From assembly GCA_012840245.1 (NCBI GenBank), contig DULR01000075.1:18701-82700 (forward strand): a stretch of DNA of 64,000 bases, given 5' to 3'. A model generated the notes under the pieces. That model saw only the letters and a list, made by a program, of their open reading frames with translations. It did no database searches and was not told the origin of the DNA. This document shows, one piece after another, positions 43,445-54,153 of the stretch (positions are counted from its first letter, which is position 1; every line of letters starts with the position of its first letter). This DNA is from Clostridiaceae bacterium (GTDB lineage Bacteria; Bacillota; Clostridia; DSM-8532). Made by a program: the position numbers and the translations under genes.

Positions 43445-44248
43445 ATGAAAAAACGTATTTTTGCTGCGTCGATGGTTGTTATAATGGCATTTTGCCTTAT
43501 TGCATTTTCAGGCAGTCAGTATCAGAAGGCCGAAGCGGCGCAAACATTTGAAAAGGTTGACTTTATAAGCGGCGTGGTAATAGTGAACAAACTAAATTTA
43601 AGGAACGGACCTTCTCTGGATCATGACGTGATAGGTCAGTTCAAAAAGAACAAATGGCTGAACGTCCTGGCGAAAATAGGAGACTGGTATGCTGTATTTG
43701 ACCCTGATTCAGGCAAGGTAGGGTGTGTATACGGTCCATATCTGGCCAACGCTGAAAATATCAACACCGGCAAACCCGCAGCTCCGGCGCCTGCAACCCC
43801 GGCACCGTCAAAAGCACCGCCTGCTGCCACCCCTGAACCTGAGCCGGGCAAGGAATCCACAGATCTGTCACAGCAGGAAAAACTGCTGCTCGATCTGATA
43901 AATCAGGAGAGGGCAAAGAACAACATCCCGCCTCTTGCTGCAGATCCTGAGCTTATGAAGGTGGCCAGGACCAAGGCAGATGATATGACAAAGAACAATT
44001 ATTTCTCACATTATTCACCGACATATGGTTCTCCCTTTGATATGATGAGACAGTTCGGCATCTCATTCAAAGCCGCAGCTGAGAATATTGCAGGAAACTC
44101 AACTGTTGAAGGTGCTGTAAGTTCATGGATGAAGTCGGAGGGCCATAGGAACAATATCCTGAACCCGAATTACAACTATACGGGTATTGGTATTTCCAAG
44201 AGCACAAAATACGGATATGTATTTGTTCAGATGTTCATAAGGAAATAA
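43445..44248 (+). CDS. Secreted SH3b plus CAP (SCP/YkwD-like) domain protein
   Basis: Signal peptide MKKRIFAASMVVIMAF, an SH3b-like segment, a Pro/Ala linker, and a CAP domain (...NYFSHYSPTYGSPFDMM...HRNNILNPNY). GGAGGGAG RBS. Confidence 0.8.
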   Translation: MKKRIFAASMVVIMAFCLIAFSGSQYQKAEAAQTFEKVDFISGVVIVNKLNLRNGPSLDHDVIGQFKKNKWLNVLAKIGDWYAVFDPDSGKVGCVYGPYLANAENINTGKPAAPAPATPAPSKAPPAATPEPEPGKESTDLSQQEKLLLDLINQERAKNNIPPLAADPELMKVARTKADDMTKNNYFSHYSPTYGSPFDMMRQFGISFKAAAENIAGNSTVEGAVSSWMKSEGHRNNILNPNYNYTGIGISKSTKYGYVFVQMFIRK

Positions 44249-44272
44249 TGGACAAACCGGATATCAAAGCAT

Positions 44273-44305
44273 AAAAAACGGTAGATAATATCTGCCGTTT
44301 TTTTT
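44273..44305 (+). terminator. Intrinsic terminator
   Basis: Stem CGGTAGAT/ATCTGCCG followed by T8. Confidence 0.85.
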
Positions 44306-44483
44306 ATACTCAGACTTCTCCGACGGGATTTCCACAGTATCCACAGAAATTATACACAAGAAAAACCGGCTGTTGACAAGCTTGTGATAATTTTGGGGAT
44401 AAGTTGGCTGATTTGAAACGGATTATTTTGGGTAATATCGAAATATAAATTATTGATTGCATGCACAGAGAGGGGTTGTTGTT

Positions 44484-45014
44484 ATGAAATACACCATCAG
44501 AGGAAAACAGGTAAATGTAACACAGGCTATGCATGATAAAGCTGTCAAAAAAATAGGCAAGTTCGAAAGGTTCTTCAAGCCTGACGCCGAAGCCGTGATA
44601 ACCTTCAAAGTCGAGAAGGATCGATACATCTTTGAAACGGCCATATATTCAGACGGAACCATCATCAGAGCCGAAGAGAGCAGCAACGATATGTACGCTT
44701 CAATGGATATGGTCGTTGAAAAGCTGGAAAGGCAGATAAGAAAGCATAAGACAAAGCTCGGCAAACAATTACGTCAGGAGGCGATGGTACCCGAGAACTT
44801 CAACATCAATGAAGATATCGACGAAGAAGAGGATTATGACATTGTTAAAACAAAACGCTTCCCGTTGAAGCCGATGAATACCGAAGAAGCGATCCTTCAG
44901 ATGAACCTTCTCTCACATAACTTTTATGTTTTCATAAACTCCGATACCGAGACGGTAAACGTGATATACCGGCGCAAAGACGGAAGATACGGGCTTATAG
45001 AACCTGAATTCTGA
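44484..45014 (+). CDS. hpf: Ribosome hibernation promoting factor (long HPF)
   Basis: MKYTIRGKQVNVTQAMHDKAVKKIGKFERFF plus the C-terminal dimerisation domain (KRFPLKPMNTEEAILQMNLLSHNFYVF). Confidence 0.95.
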   Translation: MKYTIRGKQVNVTQAMHDKAVKKIGKFERFFKPDAEAVITFKVEKDRYIFETAIYSDGTIIRAEESSNDMYASMDMVVEKLERQIRKHKTKLGKQLRQEAMVPENFNINEDIDEEEDYDIVKTKRFPLKPMNTEEAILQMNLLSHNFYVFINSDTETVNVIYRRKDGRYGLIEPEF

Positions 45015-45296
45015 TATATGATATGGCCGGCCGGCGTGTGCGAAAGCTGATTTTCAGCACCACGCCGGCAGTTTATGAACAAAATGTCCGAATTGAAAAA
45101 AATCAATGTTTAAATTAAAAAATAAATGGTATACATTTAAGTGATACTGATGATTCTTGTTCCTCCTTTATTATATATAGTATTATCAGTTCATATTAAT
45201 TGAGCTGGGGGCACGAGTTAGGGAATTATTTATAAAATAAATACACAGTGCCTTTTTTTTGTGGGTAGGTTTATTAAAGATAGGAAGGGATATAAA

Positions 45297-45728
45297 ATGC
45301 TTTTAAGAGATTGTGCCGGCGGCGTGATTTTCTATGGTGACAAGGTTTTTCTTATCCTGAATGAGAAAAAAGAATGGGTGATGCCCAAGGGTCTTATAAA
45401 AAACGGGGAAAAACCTGAAGACGCCGCAGTCAGGAGAGTCTTCGAAGAAGTAGGTATCAGGGGAAAGATCGTCGAGCAGGCAGGCAGGACATATTATGAG
45501 TTTTATTCCATCACAAGACAAAAGCCTGTATGCAACCGTATCGCCTGGTATATAATGCAGACTGATGATGACAGTTTCCAGATAAACGAGCCGGAAAAAT
45601 ACTCAAAGGGAGGATTTTTCAATATCTCAGACGCCCTTGACATGATAACCTACAGCCAGGACAAGTCTCTGACTATGCAATCCTACAAAAAGCTGTGCGA
45701 AAAACTGGGAAAGAATCCGGAAGTATAA
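45297..45728 (+). CDS. NUDIX hydrolase
   Basis: Nudix box GLIKNGEKPEDAAVRRVFEEVGI. The start at MLLRD follows GGAAGGGA. Confidence 0.8.
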   Translation: MLLRDCAGGVIFYGDKVFLILNEKKEWVMPKGLIKNGEKPEDAAVRRVFEEVGIRGKIVEQAGRTYYEFYSITRQKPVCNRIAWYIMQTDDDSFQINEPEKYSKGGFFNISDALDMITYSQDKSLTMQSYKKLCEKLGKNPEV

Positions 45729-45763
45729 ACGGTTGAACAGATAAATAGCAATCTGATAAAATG

Positions 45764-45812
45764 AAGGGTGGCTGCAGGTCGTTATTTGACCATATGCCAT
45801 CCTTTTTAAATG
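45764..45812 (+). terminator. Possible terminator after the NUDIX gene
   Basis: 9-bp stem AAGGGTGGC/GCCATCCTT (one G-U pair) with a large loop, then T5. Confidence 0.4.
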
Positions 45813-45823
45813 AGGTATAAAAA

Positions 45824-46495
45824 TTGAAAAGCTATAAGACCCTGATGAGAGAAGGATATTTCCTGCTTGAAGAAAAACGGTCGCGGTTTATAGCCCGGGC
45901 CAGGCCCGTACAAACCGAGTCTGAAGCTCTGGACTTCATTCAGTCAATCAAAACATCCTGTTGGGATGCAACACATAATTGCTATGCATATTCTGTAGGG
46001 ACTGATTCTTTATACCAGAGATACAGTGATGACGGAGAACCTCAGGGAACGGCAGGCTTGCCGATGCTTGAGGTTATAAAGAAAAAAGGGCTCCATAATG
46101 TGGTCGTGGTTGTGACCAGATATTTCGGCGGAATTTTACTCGGGGCCGGGGGACTGGTCAGGGCGTATGGTAAAGCCTGTGCAGGAGGGCTGGAGGACGG
46201 CGGAGAGATATGGGTAAAGTCTTGCCTTAAATTAAGATTACCCGTAGAATATCATCTGTCCGGCAAGATCCAGAATATGCTGTTAAGTGAGGATTTTATC
46301 ATTGCTGATACCGAATACACCGATGTGGTGAAATTTACCGTTTACTCGCCGGCAGAACGGAAGGAGTTCCTGGAAAGCCAGATACGGGAAATAACCGGAG
46401 GTGTGCTGCTCCTTGAGGAAGCAGGTATCGAGGATATCCGGGTCGATGACAAAGGAAATGTTTTAGAAGATAAAAATAAGGAAAAAAAAGAGTAA
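45824..46495 (+). CDS. YigZ/IMPACT-family protein
   Basis: [11 protein letters not shown]...THNCYAY...[14 protein letters not shown]...[20 protein letters not shown] start. Confidence 0.85.
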   Translation: MKSYKTLMREGYFLLEEKRSRFIARARPVQTESEALDFIQSIKTSCWDATHNCYAYSVGTDSLYQRYSDDGEPQGTAGLPMLEVIKKKGLHNVVVVVTRYFGGILLGAGGLVRAYGKACAGGLEDGGEIWVKSCLKLRLPVEYHLSGKIQNMLLSEDFIIADTEYTDVVKFTVYSPAERKEFLESQIREITGGVLLLEEAGIEDIRVDDKGNVLEDKNKEKKE

Positions 46496-46508
46496 AGAGG
46501 GTGTTTTT

Positions 46509-47237
46509 ATGTCAGGTCATTCAAAGTGGAACAATATCAAGCGTAAAAAAGAAAAGACCGATTCCCAGAAAGGAAAACTGTTTACAAAGATTGGGCGTGA
46601 AATAGCCATTGCTGTAAGAAGCGGAGGACCTGACCCGGCGGTAAACTCTAAACTGAAGGACGTTATAGCCAAGGCGAAAGCCAACAATATGCCCAACGAA
46701 TCCATCCAGAGGAGCATAAAAAAGGCTGCAGGAGAGGGCGACGGAGCAAATTACGAGGTTATTACCTATGAAGGATACGGTCCCAGCGGTGTGGCCGTTA
46801 TTGTCGAGGCTTATACTGATAACCGCAACAGAACAGCCGGAGATATAAGGCATATATTTGACAAGTTCGGCGGAAATCTGGGCACCACCGGCTGCGTTTC
46901 ATTCCTTTTTGATCAGAAGGGCCAGATCATCATCGAGAAGGATCCCTCCATCGATGAGGATGATCTGATGATGGCCGCTTTGGATGCCGGAGCCGAGGAT
47001 TTCAACAGTGAAGACGAATATTATGAAATATTGACCGAACCTGGGGATTTCTCTGGTGTATGCGATGCTCTTGAGAAAAAAGGATTAACGTTCCTGTCAG
47101 CCGAGGTCACCATGGTTCCCAAAACCACTACCGAACTTACTGATCCTGAGGCTGTTGAAAAAATGGAGAAACTGATAGACAGACTTGAGGACCATGACGA
47201 TGTCCAGAACATATGGCATAACTGGGAGCAGGAATAG
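46509..47237 (+). CDS. yebC: YebC/PmpR-family transcriptional regulator
   Basis: [27 protein letters not shown]...[14 protein letters not shown]. Confidence 0.95.
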   Translation: MSGHSKWNNIKRKKEKTDSQKGKLFTKIGREIAIAVRSGGPDPAVNSKLKDVIAKAKANNMPNESIQRSIKKAAGEGDGANYEVITYEGYGPSGVAVIVEAYTDNRNRTAGDIRHIFDKFGGNLGTTGCVSFLFDQKGQIIIEKDPSIDEDDLMMAALDAGAEDFNSEDEYYEILTEPGDFSGVCDALEKKGLTFLSAEVTMVPKTTTELTDPEAVEKMEKLIDRLEDHDDVQNIWHNWEQE

Positions 47238-47247
47238 GAGGTTTTTT

Positions 47248-47724
47248 ATGCAGGAAATCAGAAAAGAATTGAATTCTTCAGATATAAGTAAAATATTGCC
47301 TCATAGATATCCCATGCTGCTTCTGGATAAACTTATACTGCTTCCCGATGAAGGTCTGACACAGATAGTGCCCGGCATGAAGGTTGCAGGAATAAAAAAT
47401 GTGACTAACAATGAGCCTTACTTTCAGGGTCATTTTCCCAATAACCCGATCATGCCCGGGGTACTTATAGTGGAAGCCCTTGCCCAATGCGCATGTGCAG
47501 GAGGGCTGCTGCTACCCGATAATAAAGGCAAGCTCGGTCTGTTTACAGGGATAGAAAGCATGAAATTCAGACGTCAGGTCGTTCCCGGTGATGTTCTTCT
47601 GCTGGAAGTCGAATTTCTGGCATTCAGGAGAGGGATGGGGAAGGTGGCGGTCAAAGCTACAGTAGACGGAGCCATTGCCGCAGAGGGTGTCATCAGCTTT
47701 GCCATGGTTGACAACCACGAATAA
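47248..47724 (+). CDS. fabZ: 3-hydroxyacyl-ACP dehydratase FabZ
   Basis: ILPHRYPMLLLDK...EPYFQGHFPNNPIMPGVLIVEALAQ. AGGAGG RBS. Confidence 0.9.
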   Translation: MQEIRKELNSSDISKILPHRYPMLLLDKLILLPDEGLTQIVPGMKVAGIKNVTNNEPYFQGHFPNNPIMPGVLIVEALAQCACAGGLLLPDNKGKLGLFTGIESMKFRRQVVPGDVLLLEVEFLAFRRGMGKVAVKATVDGAIAAEGVISFAMVDNHE

Positions 47725-47736
47725 AGGAAGTGTTGG

Positions 47737-48429
47737 ATGGCTATATTTGCTATTTCCGATTTGCATCTCTCCCTGGGGACAAACAAACCGATGGACATAT
47801 TCGGCTGGGGAGACCATACAGGGATCATAAGGAAAAACTGGACCCGCAAAATCAGAAATGACGATTATGTTCTTATCCCCGGAGATATTTCCTGGGGGAT
47901 AAACCTTGATGAAACGGATCCTGATTTCGCCTTTCTGGATGCATTGCCCGGAATAAAGATCATGACGAAAGGCAACCATGATTACTGGTGGAGTACGCGT
48001 CAGAAATTTGAAAGGTATTGCGAAGAAAGAGGTTACAAGTCGCTGAGGATGCTTCATAACAATATGTATGAGGCCGACGGCTATGTGATCTGCGGCTCGA
48101 GAGGCTGGAAACCCACAGATGATGACGACTTCAGCGAGGAAGACGGGAAAATATACCGTCGTGAACTGGAAAGGGTCAGGATTTCTCTGAAGGAAGGAAA
48201 CAAAGCAGGAAAAAAAATAATAGCCATGCTCCATTACCCCCCTTTTGACACTAAGCACAAGCCGAACGATTTTTCGTTCCTGCTGAAGGAATTTGGTGTC
48301 AGCATCTGCGTTTACGGGCATATACACAGTAAGGCGAATGATCTGTGGAAAAATGAAATCATCGATAATATGCGGTATCATCTGGTTTCGTGCAACATCA
48401 TCGGTTTCGATCCCGTGAGGATTGCATGA
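47737..48429 (+). CDS. Metallophosphoesterase family protein
   Basis: AISDLHL...IPGDISW...GNHDYWW...HYPP..GHIH motifs. Confidence 0.8.
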   Translation: MAIFAISDLHLSLGTNKPMDIFGWGDHTGIIRKNWTRKIRNDDYVLIPGDISWGINLDETDPDFAFLDALPGIKIMTKGNHDYWWSTRQKFERYCEERGYKSLRMLHNNMYEADGYVICGSRGWKPTDDDDFSEEDGKIYRRELERVRISLKEGNKAGKKIIAMLHYPPFDTKHKPNDFSFLLKEFGVSICVYGHIHSKANDLWKNEIIDNMRYHLVSCNIIGFDPVRIA

Positions 48430-48572
48430 AAAGAGACTGAAAACCGTAAGCATTAAGGACTATTGGATTGAAATAATGACTATGATATGATAATATGCAA
48501 GCATGTTTCGGAGATATGCAAGGCATGTTAAGAATGAAACCGAATTAAATAAAATCATTTGGAGGAACACAC

Positions 48573-49856
48573 ATGAGTGTAAAAATTGAAAAAATCGAAA
48601 AAAATGTAGTAAAACTCGAAATCGAAGTTGATGCCCAGGTGTTTGATCAGTGCATGGATAAAGCCTTCAGCAAAAACAGAGCGCGTTTCAACATACCCGG
48701 CTTCAGAAAGGGCAAAGCTCCCCGCAGTCTGGTCGAAAGGTATTATGGTGAACAGGTCCTTTATGAGGATGCAATAAATTATGCATGTGCCGATGCTTAC
48801 GACAAAGCTGTAGAAGAAAATGATCTCCATCCTGTTGACAGGCCGGAGATTGATATAGTTCAGATCGGAAGCGGCAAGCCTCTTATTTTCACAGCTACGG
48901 TCACCGTCAAGCCCGAGGTGGAGCTTGGCGAATACAAAGGCCTCGAAGTTGCAAAAGAGCCTGTGGTCGTAACCGAAGAGGATGTTGAGGATGAGCTGAA
49001 GAGGATCGTTGAGAGAAATTCCAAGCTCGTATCGGTAGAGGATCGTCCCGTTGCAAACGGAGACATAGTCAATATCGATTATGTCGGAAGTGTGGACGGA
49101 GTGCCTTTCAAGGGCGGAGAAGCCAAAGGATATAACCTCACAATCGGCTCCGGGACTTTTATCCCCGGTTTTGAGGATCAGCTCATAGGAGCTAATCTGA
49201 ACGATGAAGTCGAAGTGAATGTCAGATTCCCTGAAGATTATCACGCTGAGGAGCTCAAGGGTAAAGCTGCCGTATTCAAGGTAAAAATCAATGAGATCAA
49301 GTTCAAGCAGCTGCCAGAAGTAAACGATGAGTTTGCATCTGATGTAAGTGAATTCGAGACCCTGGAAGAGTTCAAGGCCGATATAAGGAAAAAGCTTACC
49401 GAGCAGGCTCAGGCAAGGGCAGACAGAAAGTATGAGGAAGAGCTGGTCAAGAAGGCAGTAGACAATGCTACGGTCGATATACCCGATGTAATGGTAGAAC
49501 GCCGCCTGGATGAAATGATGCGTCATTTTGACCTTCAGCTTCGCTATCAGGGCATGAACCTTGAGACCTATGCGAAAATGATGGGTACAGATATGGAAAA
49601 GATCAGAGCAGATTATCGCGAAAGCGCTCTTGAGGACATAAAGACCCAGCTGGTTCTTGAAAAGATCGCTGAAGCAGAAAATATCATTGCCACACCTGAA
49701 GAGTACGATGCTGAGCTTGAACAGATGGCTTCCAGGTACAATCAGCCTGTTGAGGAAATGAAGAAACATTTACATGATGACGATATAGAATATATTAAGG
49801 ATTCAATTGAGCGGAGAAAAACTATAAAACTGCTCGTTGAAAATGCGAAGGAATAA
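48573..49856 (+). CDS. tig: Trigger factor
   Basis: IPGFRKGKAPRSLVERYYG and an FKBP-type PPIase domain (GDIVNIDYVGSVDGVPFKGGEAKGYNLTIGSGTFIPGFEDQL). Confidence 0.97.
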   Translation: MSVKIEKIEKNVVKLEIEVDAQVFDQCMDKAFSKNRARFNIPGFRKGKAPRSLVERYYGEQVLYEDAINYACADAYDKAVEENDLHPVDRPEIDIVQIGSGKPLIFTATVTVKPEVELGEYKGLEVAKEPVVVTEEDVEDELKRIVERNSKLVSVEDRPVANGDIVNIDYVGSVDGVPFKGGEAKGYNLTIGSGTFIPGFEDQLIGANLNDEVEVNVRFPEDYHAEELKGKAAVFKVKINEIKFKQLPEVNDEFASDVSEFETLEEFKADIRKKLTEQAQARADRKYEEELVKKAVDNATVDIPDVMVERRLDEMMRHFDLQLRYQGMNLETYAKMMGTDMEKIRADYRESALEDIKTQLVLEKIAEAENIIATPEEYDAELEQMASRYNQPVEEMKKHLHDDDIEYIKDSIERRKTIKLLVENAKE

Positions 49857-49948
49857 AATTCTTTCCGGGAAAACTGACTAAAACACCGGTTGCTTTGGTA
49901 ACCTATATAAAGCACCGTGTTTTGGATACATAGTGAGGAGGTATGTTT

Positions 49949-50542
49949 ATGTCATTGGTACCTATAGTGATAGAGCAGAGCAGCAGAGGAGAAAGATCCT
50001 ATGATATCTACTCAAGGCTTTTAAAGGATAGAATAATAGTCTTAAGCGATGAAGTCAATGATGTCACAGCAAGTCTGGTTGTTGCACAAATGCTGTTTCT
50101 GGAAGCCGAAGACCCTGATAAGGACATTCAGCTTTACATAAATAGCCCGGGAGGATCCATTACAGCAGGAATGGCTATTTATGATACCATGCAGCATGTA
50201 AAATGCGATGTTTCGACCATTTGTGTCGGCCTGGCAGCAAGCATGGGAGCATTTCTTCTTGCCGCCGGCGCAAAAGGAAAGCGTTTTGCATTGCCCAACA
50301 GCACCATAATGATCCATCAGCCTATCGGCGGTGCGAGAGGACAGGCTACCGACATCAAGATCCATGCCGAATGGATCATAAAGATGAAACAGCGTTTAAA
50401 TGAAATATTAAGTGAAAGGACAGGTCAACCCCTTTCCAAGATTGAAATAGACGTTGAGAGAGATTATTTCATGAGCGCGACCGAAGCAAAGGATTATGGA
50501 TTGATTGACCAGGTTATGGAGCCCAGAGTAAAGGGGGGATAA
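49949..50542 (+). CDS. clpP: ATP-dependent Clp protease proteolytic subunit
   Basis: [27 protein letters not shown]...[11 protein letters not shown]...IMIHQP. Confidence 0.97.
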   Translation: MSLVPIVIEQSSRGERSYDIYSRLLKDRIIVLSDEVNDVTASLVVAQMLFLEAEDPDKDIQLYINSPGGSITAGMAIYDTMQHVKCDVSTICVGLAASMGAFLLAAGAKGKRFALPNSTIMIHQPIGGARGQATDIKIHAEWIIKMKQRLNEILSERTGQPLSKIEIDVERDYFMSATEAKDYGLIDQVMEPRVKGG

Positions 50543-50543
50543 A

Positions 50544-51833
50544 ATGGCGAGATATGATGAAAAGAAGCAGGTAAAATGCTCTTTTTGCGGGAAATCTCAG
50601 GAGCAGGTCAACCGGATAGTCGCCGGTCCGGGCGTATATATTTGCAACGAATGCATAGAGCTCTGTTCCGAGATAATTGAAGAAGAATTTGAGGATGTCC
50701 ATGTCGACAAGCCTCTTGATGAGATCCCCAAGCCAAGGGAAATAAAAAGGATACTTGACGAGTATGTCATTGGTCAGGAGAAAGCCAAGCGAACCCTGTC
50801 AGTGGCAGTTTACAACCATTACAAACGTATTTACAACGAAGGATCACGCGGCGATGTCGAGCTTCAGAAAAGCAACATCCTGCTGATGGGTCCGACAGGT
50901 TGCGGTAAAACCTACCTTGCACAGACATTGGCCAAGATACTGAATGTTCCTTTCGCCATAGCAGATGCCACTTCACTTACCGAAGCGGGCTATGTGGGCG
51001 AGGACGTTGAGAACATTCTCCTGAAGCTTATACAGGCTGCAGATTATGATATCGAACGAGCTGAAAAAGGCATCATATACATCGACGAGGTAGACAAGAT
51101 CTCCCGGAAATCAGATAACCCGTCGATCACAAGGGATGTAAGCGGTGAAGGTGTCCAGCAGGCGCTTCTGAAGATACTTGAAGGAACGATGGCGTCTGTG
51201 CCTCCCCAGGGAGGAAGAAAGCATCCTCATCAGGAGTTCATCCAGATAGACACCACAAACATTTTGTTTATTTGCGGTGGTGCTTTTGAAGGTCTGGACA
51301 AGATCATAGAAAACCGTATAGGAAAGAAGACCATGGGATTCGGGGCTAAAGTGGAGAGCAGGAAAGAGAAAAATGTGGGCGAACTGTTTGCCCAGGTAAA
51401 TCCCCAGGACCTGCTGAAATACGGTTTGATTCCTGAGTTCGTAGGAAGACTGCCCATTGTGGTGACATTGAATCAACTGGACAAGGAAGCCCTCATGGAT
51501 ATCCTTACAAAGCCCAGAAATGCGCTGGTCAAGCAATACAAGAAGCTGTTCGAGCTTGACGGTGTTGCTCTGGAGGTTGAAAATGAGGCATTGGAAGCCA
51601 TTGCTGACAGGGCTATCGAAAGAAAGATAGGAGCCCGCGGGCTCAGAGCTATAATGGAGGATATCATGCTGGATGTTATGTATGATATCCCGTCTGTTGA
51701 AAATGTTGAAAAGTGTATAATAACGAAAGATACCGTAATCAACAATCAGCAGCCCGTATTGATTTACGGCGAGCAGCGCAAAGCTCTGCCGTCAGTCAAA
51801 AAGAAAAAGAGGGAAGTAGATCCGGCTTCGTGA
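50544..51833 (+). CDS. clpX: ATP-dependent Clp protease ATP-binding subunit ClpX
   Basis: Zinc finger CSFCGKSQ...CNEC, Walker [19 protein letters not shown] and IPEFVGRLP. Confidence 0.98.
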   Translation: MARYDEKKQVKCSFCGKSQEQVNRIVAGPGVYICNECIELCSEIIEEEFEDVHVDKPLDEIPKPREIKRILDEYVIGQEKAKRTLSVAVYNHYKRIYNEGSRGDVELQKSNILLMGPTGCGKTYLAQTLAKILNVPFAIADATSLTEAGYVGEDVENILLKLIQAADYDIERAEKGIIYIDEVDKISRKSDNPSITRDVSGEGVQQALLKILEGTMASVPPQGGRKHPHQEFIQIDTTNILFICGGAFEGLDKIIENRIGKKTMGFGAKVESRKEKNVGELFAQVNPQDLLKYGLIPEFVGRLPIVVTLNQLDKEALMDILTKPRNALVKQYKKLFELDGVALEVENEALEAIADRAIERKIGARGLRAIMEDIMLDVMYDIPSVENVEKCIITKDTVINNQQPVLIYGEQRKALPSVKKKKREVDPAS

Positions 51834-51884
51834 GACGGCACAGGTTTGCCCATCCAGAATTAAGTAAATAATACGTGATACAGG

Positions 51885-51910
51885 AGGTCTTGACATAAGA
51901 CCTCTTTATT
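51885..51910 (+). terminator. Intrinsic terminator after clpX
   Basis: 8-bp stem GAGGTCTT/AAGACCTC followed by TTTATTATTT. Confidence 0.75.
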
Positions 51911-51957
51911 ATTTATTTGCAATACAATATTGATTTGACATTACTGTATTATAACTG

Positions 51958-51999
51958 AATAAAGAAGCCGGCATGACGTGCTTTTGCATCATGCCGGCT
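51958..51999 (-). terminator. Intrinsic terminator after the minus-strand ABC operon
   Basis: 11-bp stem AGCCGGCATGA/TCATGCCGGCT. T-rich on the minus-strand 3' side. Confidence 0.75.
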
Positions 52000-52008
52000 T
52001 TGATCATG

Positions 52009-52800
52009 CTATTCCAGATTGAGTCGTTTGTTCAGGATATGATTGGTGATTATAAAGTATACCAGACCATAAACCGCCGACAAAGCGATGGCTCCCCATA
52101 TGAATCCGGCAGGAAGTTCCTGGAACCCCATGCTGTTGATATAGGAATAGGACTTCTGATTTTTAAATAATGGCAGCAGGAATATCAAGCTTGCCAAGAT
52201 CTGACCCAGTGTATAAAGCCCCAGGAATGAACCGATCGATGCCAATACCTTATGATTGTTCGAAAGGTGTCCGATAGCCATGGCAGCGTATAAAATCAGG
52301 GTGCTTGTCGCAAGTCCGACTATAATTCCTGCGACCACTTGGATGACATACATGTACAGCTTATCCCCGAATTCCTGGTACATCATTGACCAAACATTGC
52401 TTATGCCTTTGAAGATTTCTCCTAAAGTCACTTCCTGCATAGCTATTATTATTACCGATATGATAGCGGTAATAACGCTCAGGATCGTCCACATGGATGA
52501 CACCATCAGCTTGCAGACAATATGTTTCCATGGTTCTACCGGAAGCGTGAATGAAAGATAGCCTTCCTCAGACAACAGGTTTTTATAAAAGCGCTGTATC
52601 ATGACAACAAAACTTATCACGAACATTCCGACAAGTATGAGTATATAAAGAGTAAAGGTTATAAACTGGGTAGAAGTAAATTCACCAGAGCTGAATCCCA
52701 TAAAATAATTTACGATAGCAAACAGGATCAAAACCAGATAAAGCGGAAGAAAAATTCTCCCGGTGGCTTTTATCTCATACTTCAAAAGCTTTCCTAACAT
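52009..52800 (-). CDS. ABC-2-type transporter permease (polytopic membrane protein)
   Basis: Six predicted TM segments. Overlaps the upstream ATPase gene by 7 nt. Confidence 0.7.
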   Translation of the reverse strand: MLGKLLKYEIKATGRIFLPLYLVLILFAIVNYFMGFSSGEFTSTQFITFTLYILILVGMFVISFVVMIQRFYKNLLSEEGYLSFTLPVEPWKHIVCKLMVSSMWTILSVITAIISVIIIAMQEVTLGEIFKGISNVWSMMYQEFGDKLYMYVIQVVAGIIVGLATSTLILYAAMAIGHLSNNHKVLASIGSFLGLYTLGQILASLIFLLPLFKNQKSYSYINSMGFQELPAGFIWGAIALSAVYGLVYFIITNHILNKRLNLE

Positions 52801-53492
52801 TTGAACACCTCCCTGAACAGGGCATCCACCGATTTGCCCTTCTCGTCCCTGATGCTGTCTACATCAGATGACAAAACAACCGTTCCTTCTTTTATGAAAA
52901 TCACGTCATCAAGTATTTTTTCTATGTCTGCTATCAGATGGGTGGAGATGATGACTGTCGCATTGTCGCTGTAATTGCTTATTATTGTTTCAAGGATATA
53001 ATCCCTGGCTGCGGGGTCAACCCCGCCGATGGGCTCATCAAGAAGATACAGCTCTGCTTCCCGGCTCATGACAAGGATCAGCTGGACCTTCTCCTTGGTT
53101 CCCTTTGAAAGGTTCTTCAGCCTGTCTGCAGGGTCAATATTTAGCCTTTTCAGCATATCATAGGCTTTTTCGGGTCTAAAATCCTCATAAAAATCCGCAA
53201 AGAATTCTATTATCTGATGGACCTTCATCCAGTTGTTCAGATATGTTTTTTCGGGAAGGTAAGAAACTATTTTTTTAGTTTCAACTCCCGGTTTTTTTCC
53301 TCCTATGAGTATGCTGCCTTCGGTAGGAGTCAGAAGACTGTTGGCAAGCTTTATAAGCGTAGTTTTACCGCTGCCGTTGGGCCCGAGAAGACCTACGATC
53401 CTCCCACGTTCAACCTTCAAATCTATGCCGGCCAACGCCAGTTTTGTTCCGAAGCTCTTTTTCAGATTATTGCATTCCAAAATAGCATTCAT
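52794..53492 (-). CDS. ABC transporter ATP-binding protein
   Basis: Walker A GPNGSGKTT, signature LSKGTKEKV, Walker B LYLLDEP. Confidence 0.93.
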   Translation of the reverse strand: MNAILECNNLKKSFGTKLALAGIDLKVERGRIVGLLGPNGSGKTTLIKLANSLLTPTEGSILIGGKKPGVETKKIVSYLPEKTYLNNWMKVHQIIEFFADFYEDFRPEKAYDMLKRLNIDPADRLKNLSKGTKEKVQLILVMSREAELYLLDEPIGGVDPAARDYILETIISNYSDNATVIISTHLIADIEKILDDVIFIKEGTVVLSSDVDSIRDEKGKSVDALFREVFKC

Positions 53493-53860
53493 TTTTTCAT
53501 CTCCTCCAACATGTCAGATATCAGGGCGAGGGTTTCCGTTTTTTCGAATCCCATCAGCTTCATTTTTTCAAGAAATTCGGCTATCTGACGTTTTGCCAGC
53601 CGATTTTTAGCTTTCCTGATCATTTCAATATCCTCCGTTACTGATCTTCCGCTGGTGCGGTGTGTTACTACAAGTCCGTCCTCCTCAAGCTTGGCCAAAG
53701 CTCTCTGCATTGTGTTCGGATTTACCGACGCCTCCTGGGCTATGTCGCGGACCGAGGGAAGTTTGCTTCCCGGCGGGAATTCACCTGAAAATATCTTTAG
53801 CTCGATCTGTTCGATAAGCTGTGTATATATAGGTCTGTCGGGCTTGAAATCCCAAGGCAT
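53489..53860 (-). CDS. GntR-family transcriptional regulator, YtrA subfamily (short)
   Basis: PIYTQLIEQIELKIFSGEFPPGSKLPSVRDIAQEASVNPNTMQRALAKLEEDGLV. 123 aa. First gene of the ABC operon. Confidence 0.9.
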   Translation of the reverse strand: MPWDFKPDRPIYTQLIEQIELKIFSGEFPPGSKLPSVRDIAQEASVNPNTMQRALAKLEEDGLVVTHRTSGRSVTEDIEMIRKAKNRLAKRQIAEFLEKMKLMGFEKTETLALISDMLEEMKK

Positions 53861-53872
53861 TGTATCACCTCT

Positions 53873-53910
53873 TTGTACTATTGTATTAAGCGCTTAATAC
53901 AATAGTACAA
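53873..53910. promoter_or_regulatory. Perfect 38-bp palindrome, likely the YtrA-type operator
   Basis: TTGTACTATTGTATTAAGC|GCTTAATACAATAGTACAA begins 13 nt upstream of the GntR start codon. Confidence 0.7.
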
Positions 53911-54153
53911 TAGAAGGCAAGGTTTGTCAACATATTTTTTTCATATTTTATAAAGAACAAATGTTTGGTATAATTTATGGCAGAGGCAATATTACATTTT
54001 TATTTCATTAGTATAAATTGAGAATTTTCATGCAAGTTTCTTCCCTGTTTGGACATCATAATTCTGAACGAAGATCAGGGAGGATAATTGCTCGATAAGC
54101 CTCCCTCCATGATGTTTCCACTGTTAAAAACTAAAAAATGCATGGAGGTTACT

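Noticed and set aside
44306-44483. Possible raiA-motif RNA upstream of hpf (and near comFC).
   Set aside because: The hpf upstream region is only about 180 nt including the promoter, and I saw no extended conserved pairing. comFC has no upstream spacer at all because it overlaps recD2.
45015-45296. AT-rich 280-nt gap after hpf, with a GC-rich hairpin (CCGGCGTG/CACGCCGG), a reverse-strand AAGGAGG and an 8-codon mini-ORF.
   Set aside because: The RBS-like string is about 25 nt from the only ATG. The hairpin lacks a U-tract. I see nothing beyond a probable weak terminator and promoter region.
48555-49769. 404-aa ORF antisense to tig. Similar long antisense ORFs lie at 47512-48453, 40938-41858, 39507-40175, 32382-33128, 57704-58453, 26330-26860 and 56196-56717.
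   Set aside because: Each lies opposite a gene with unmistakable conserved motifs (tig, the metallophosphoesterase, the PLC-like gene, tagO/mnaA, fliD, the topoisomerase A and B subunits, the pyruvyl transferase). Their translations are low-complexity or Cys/Phe/Ile-rich with no recognisable motifs and no RBS. They are shadow ORFs.
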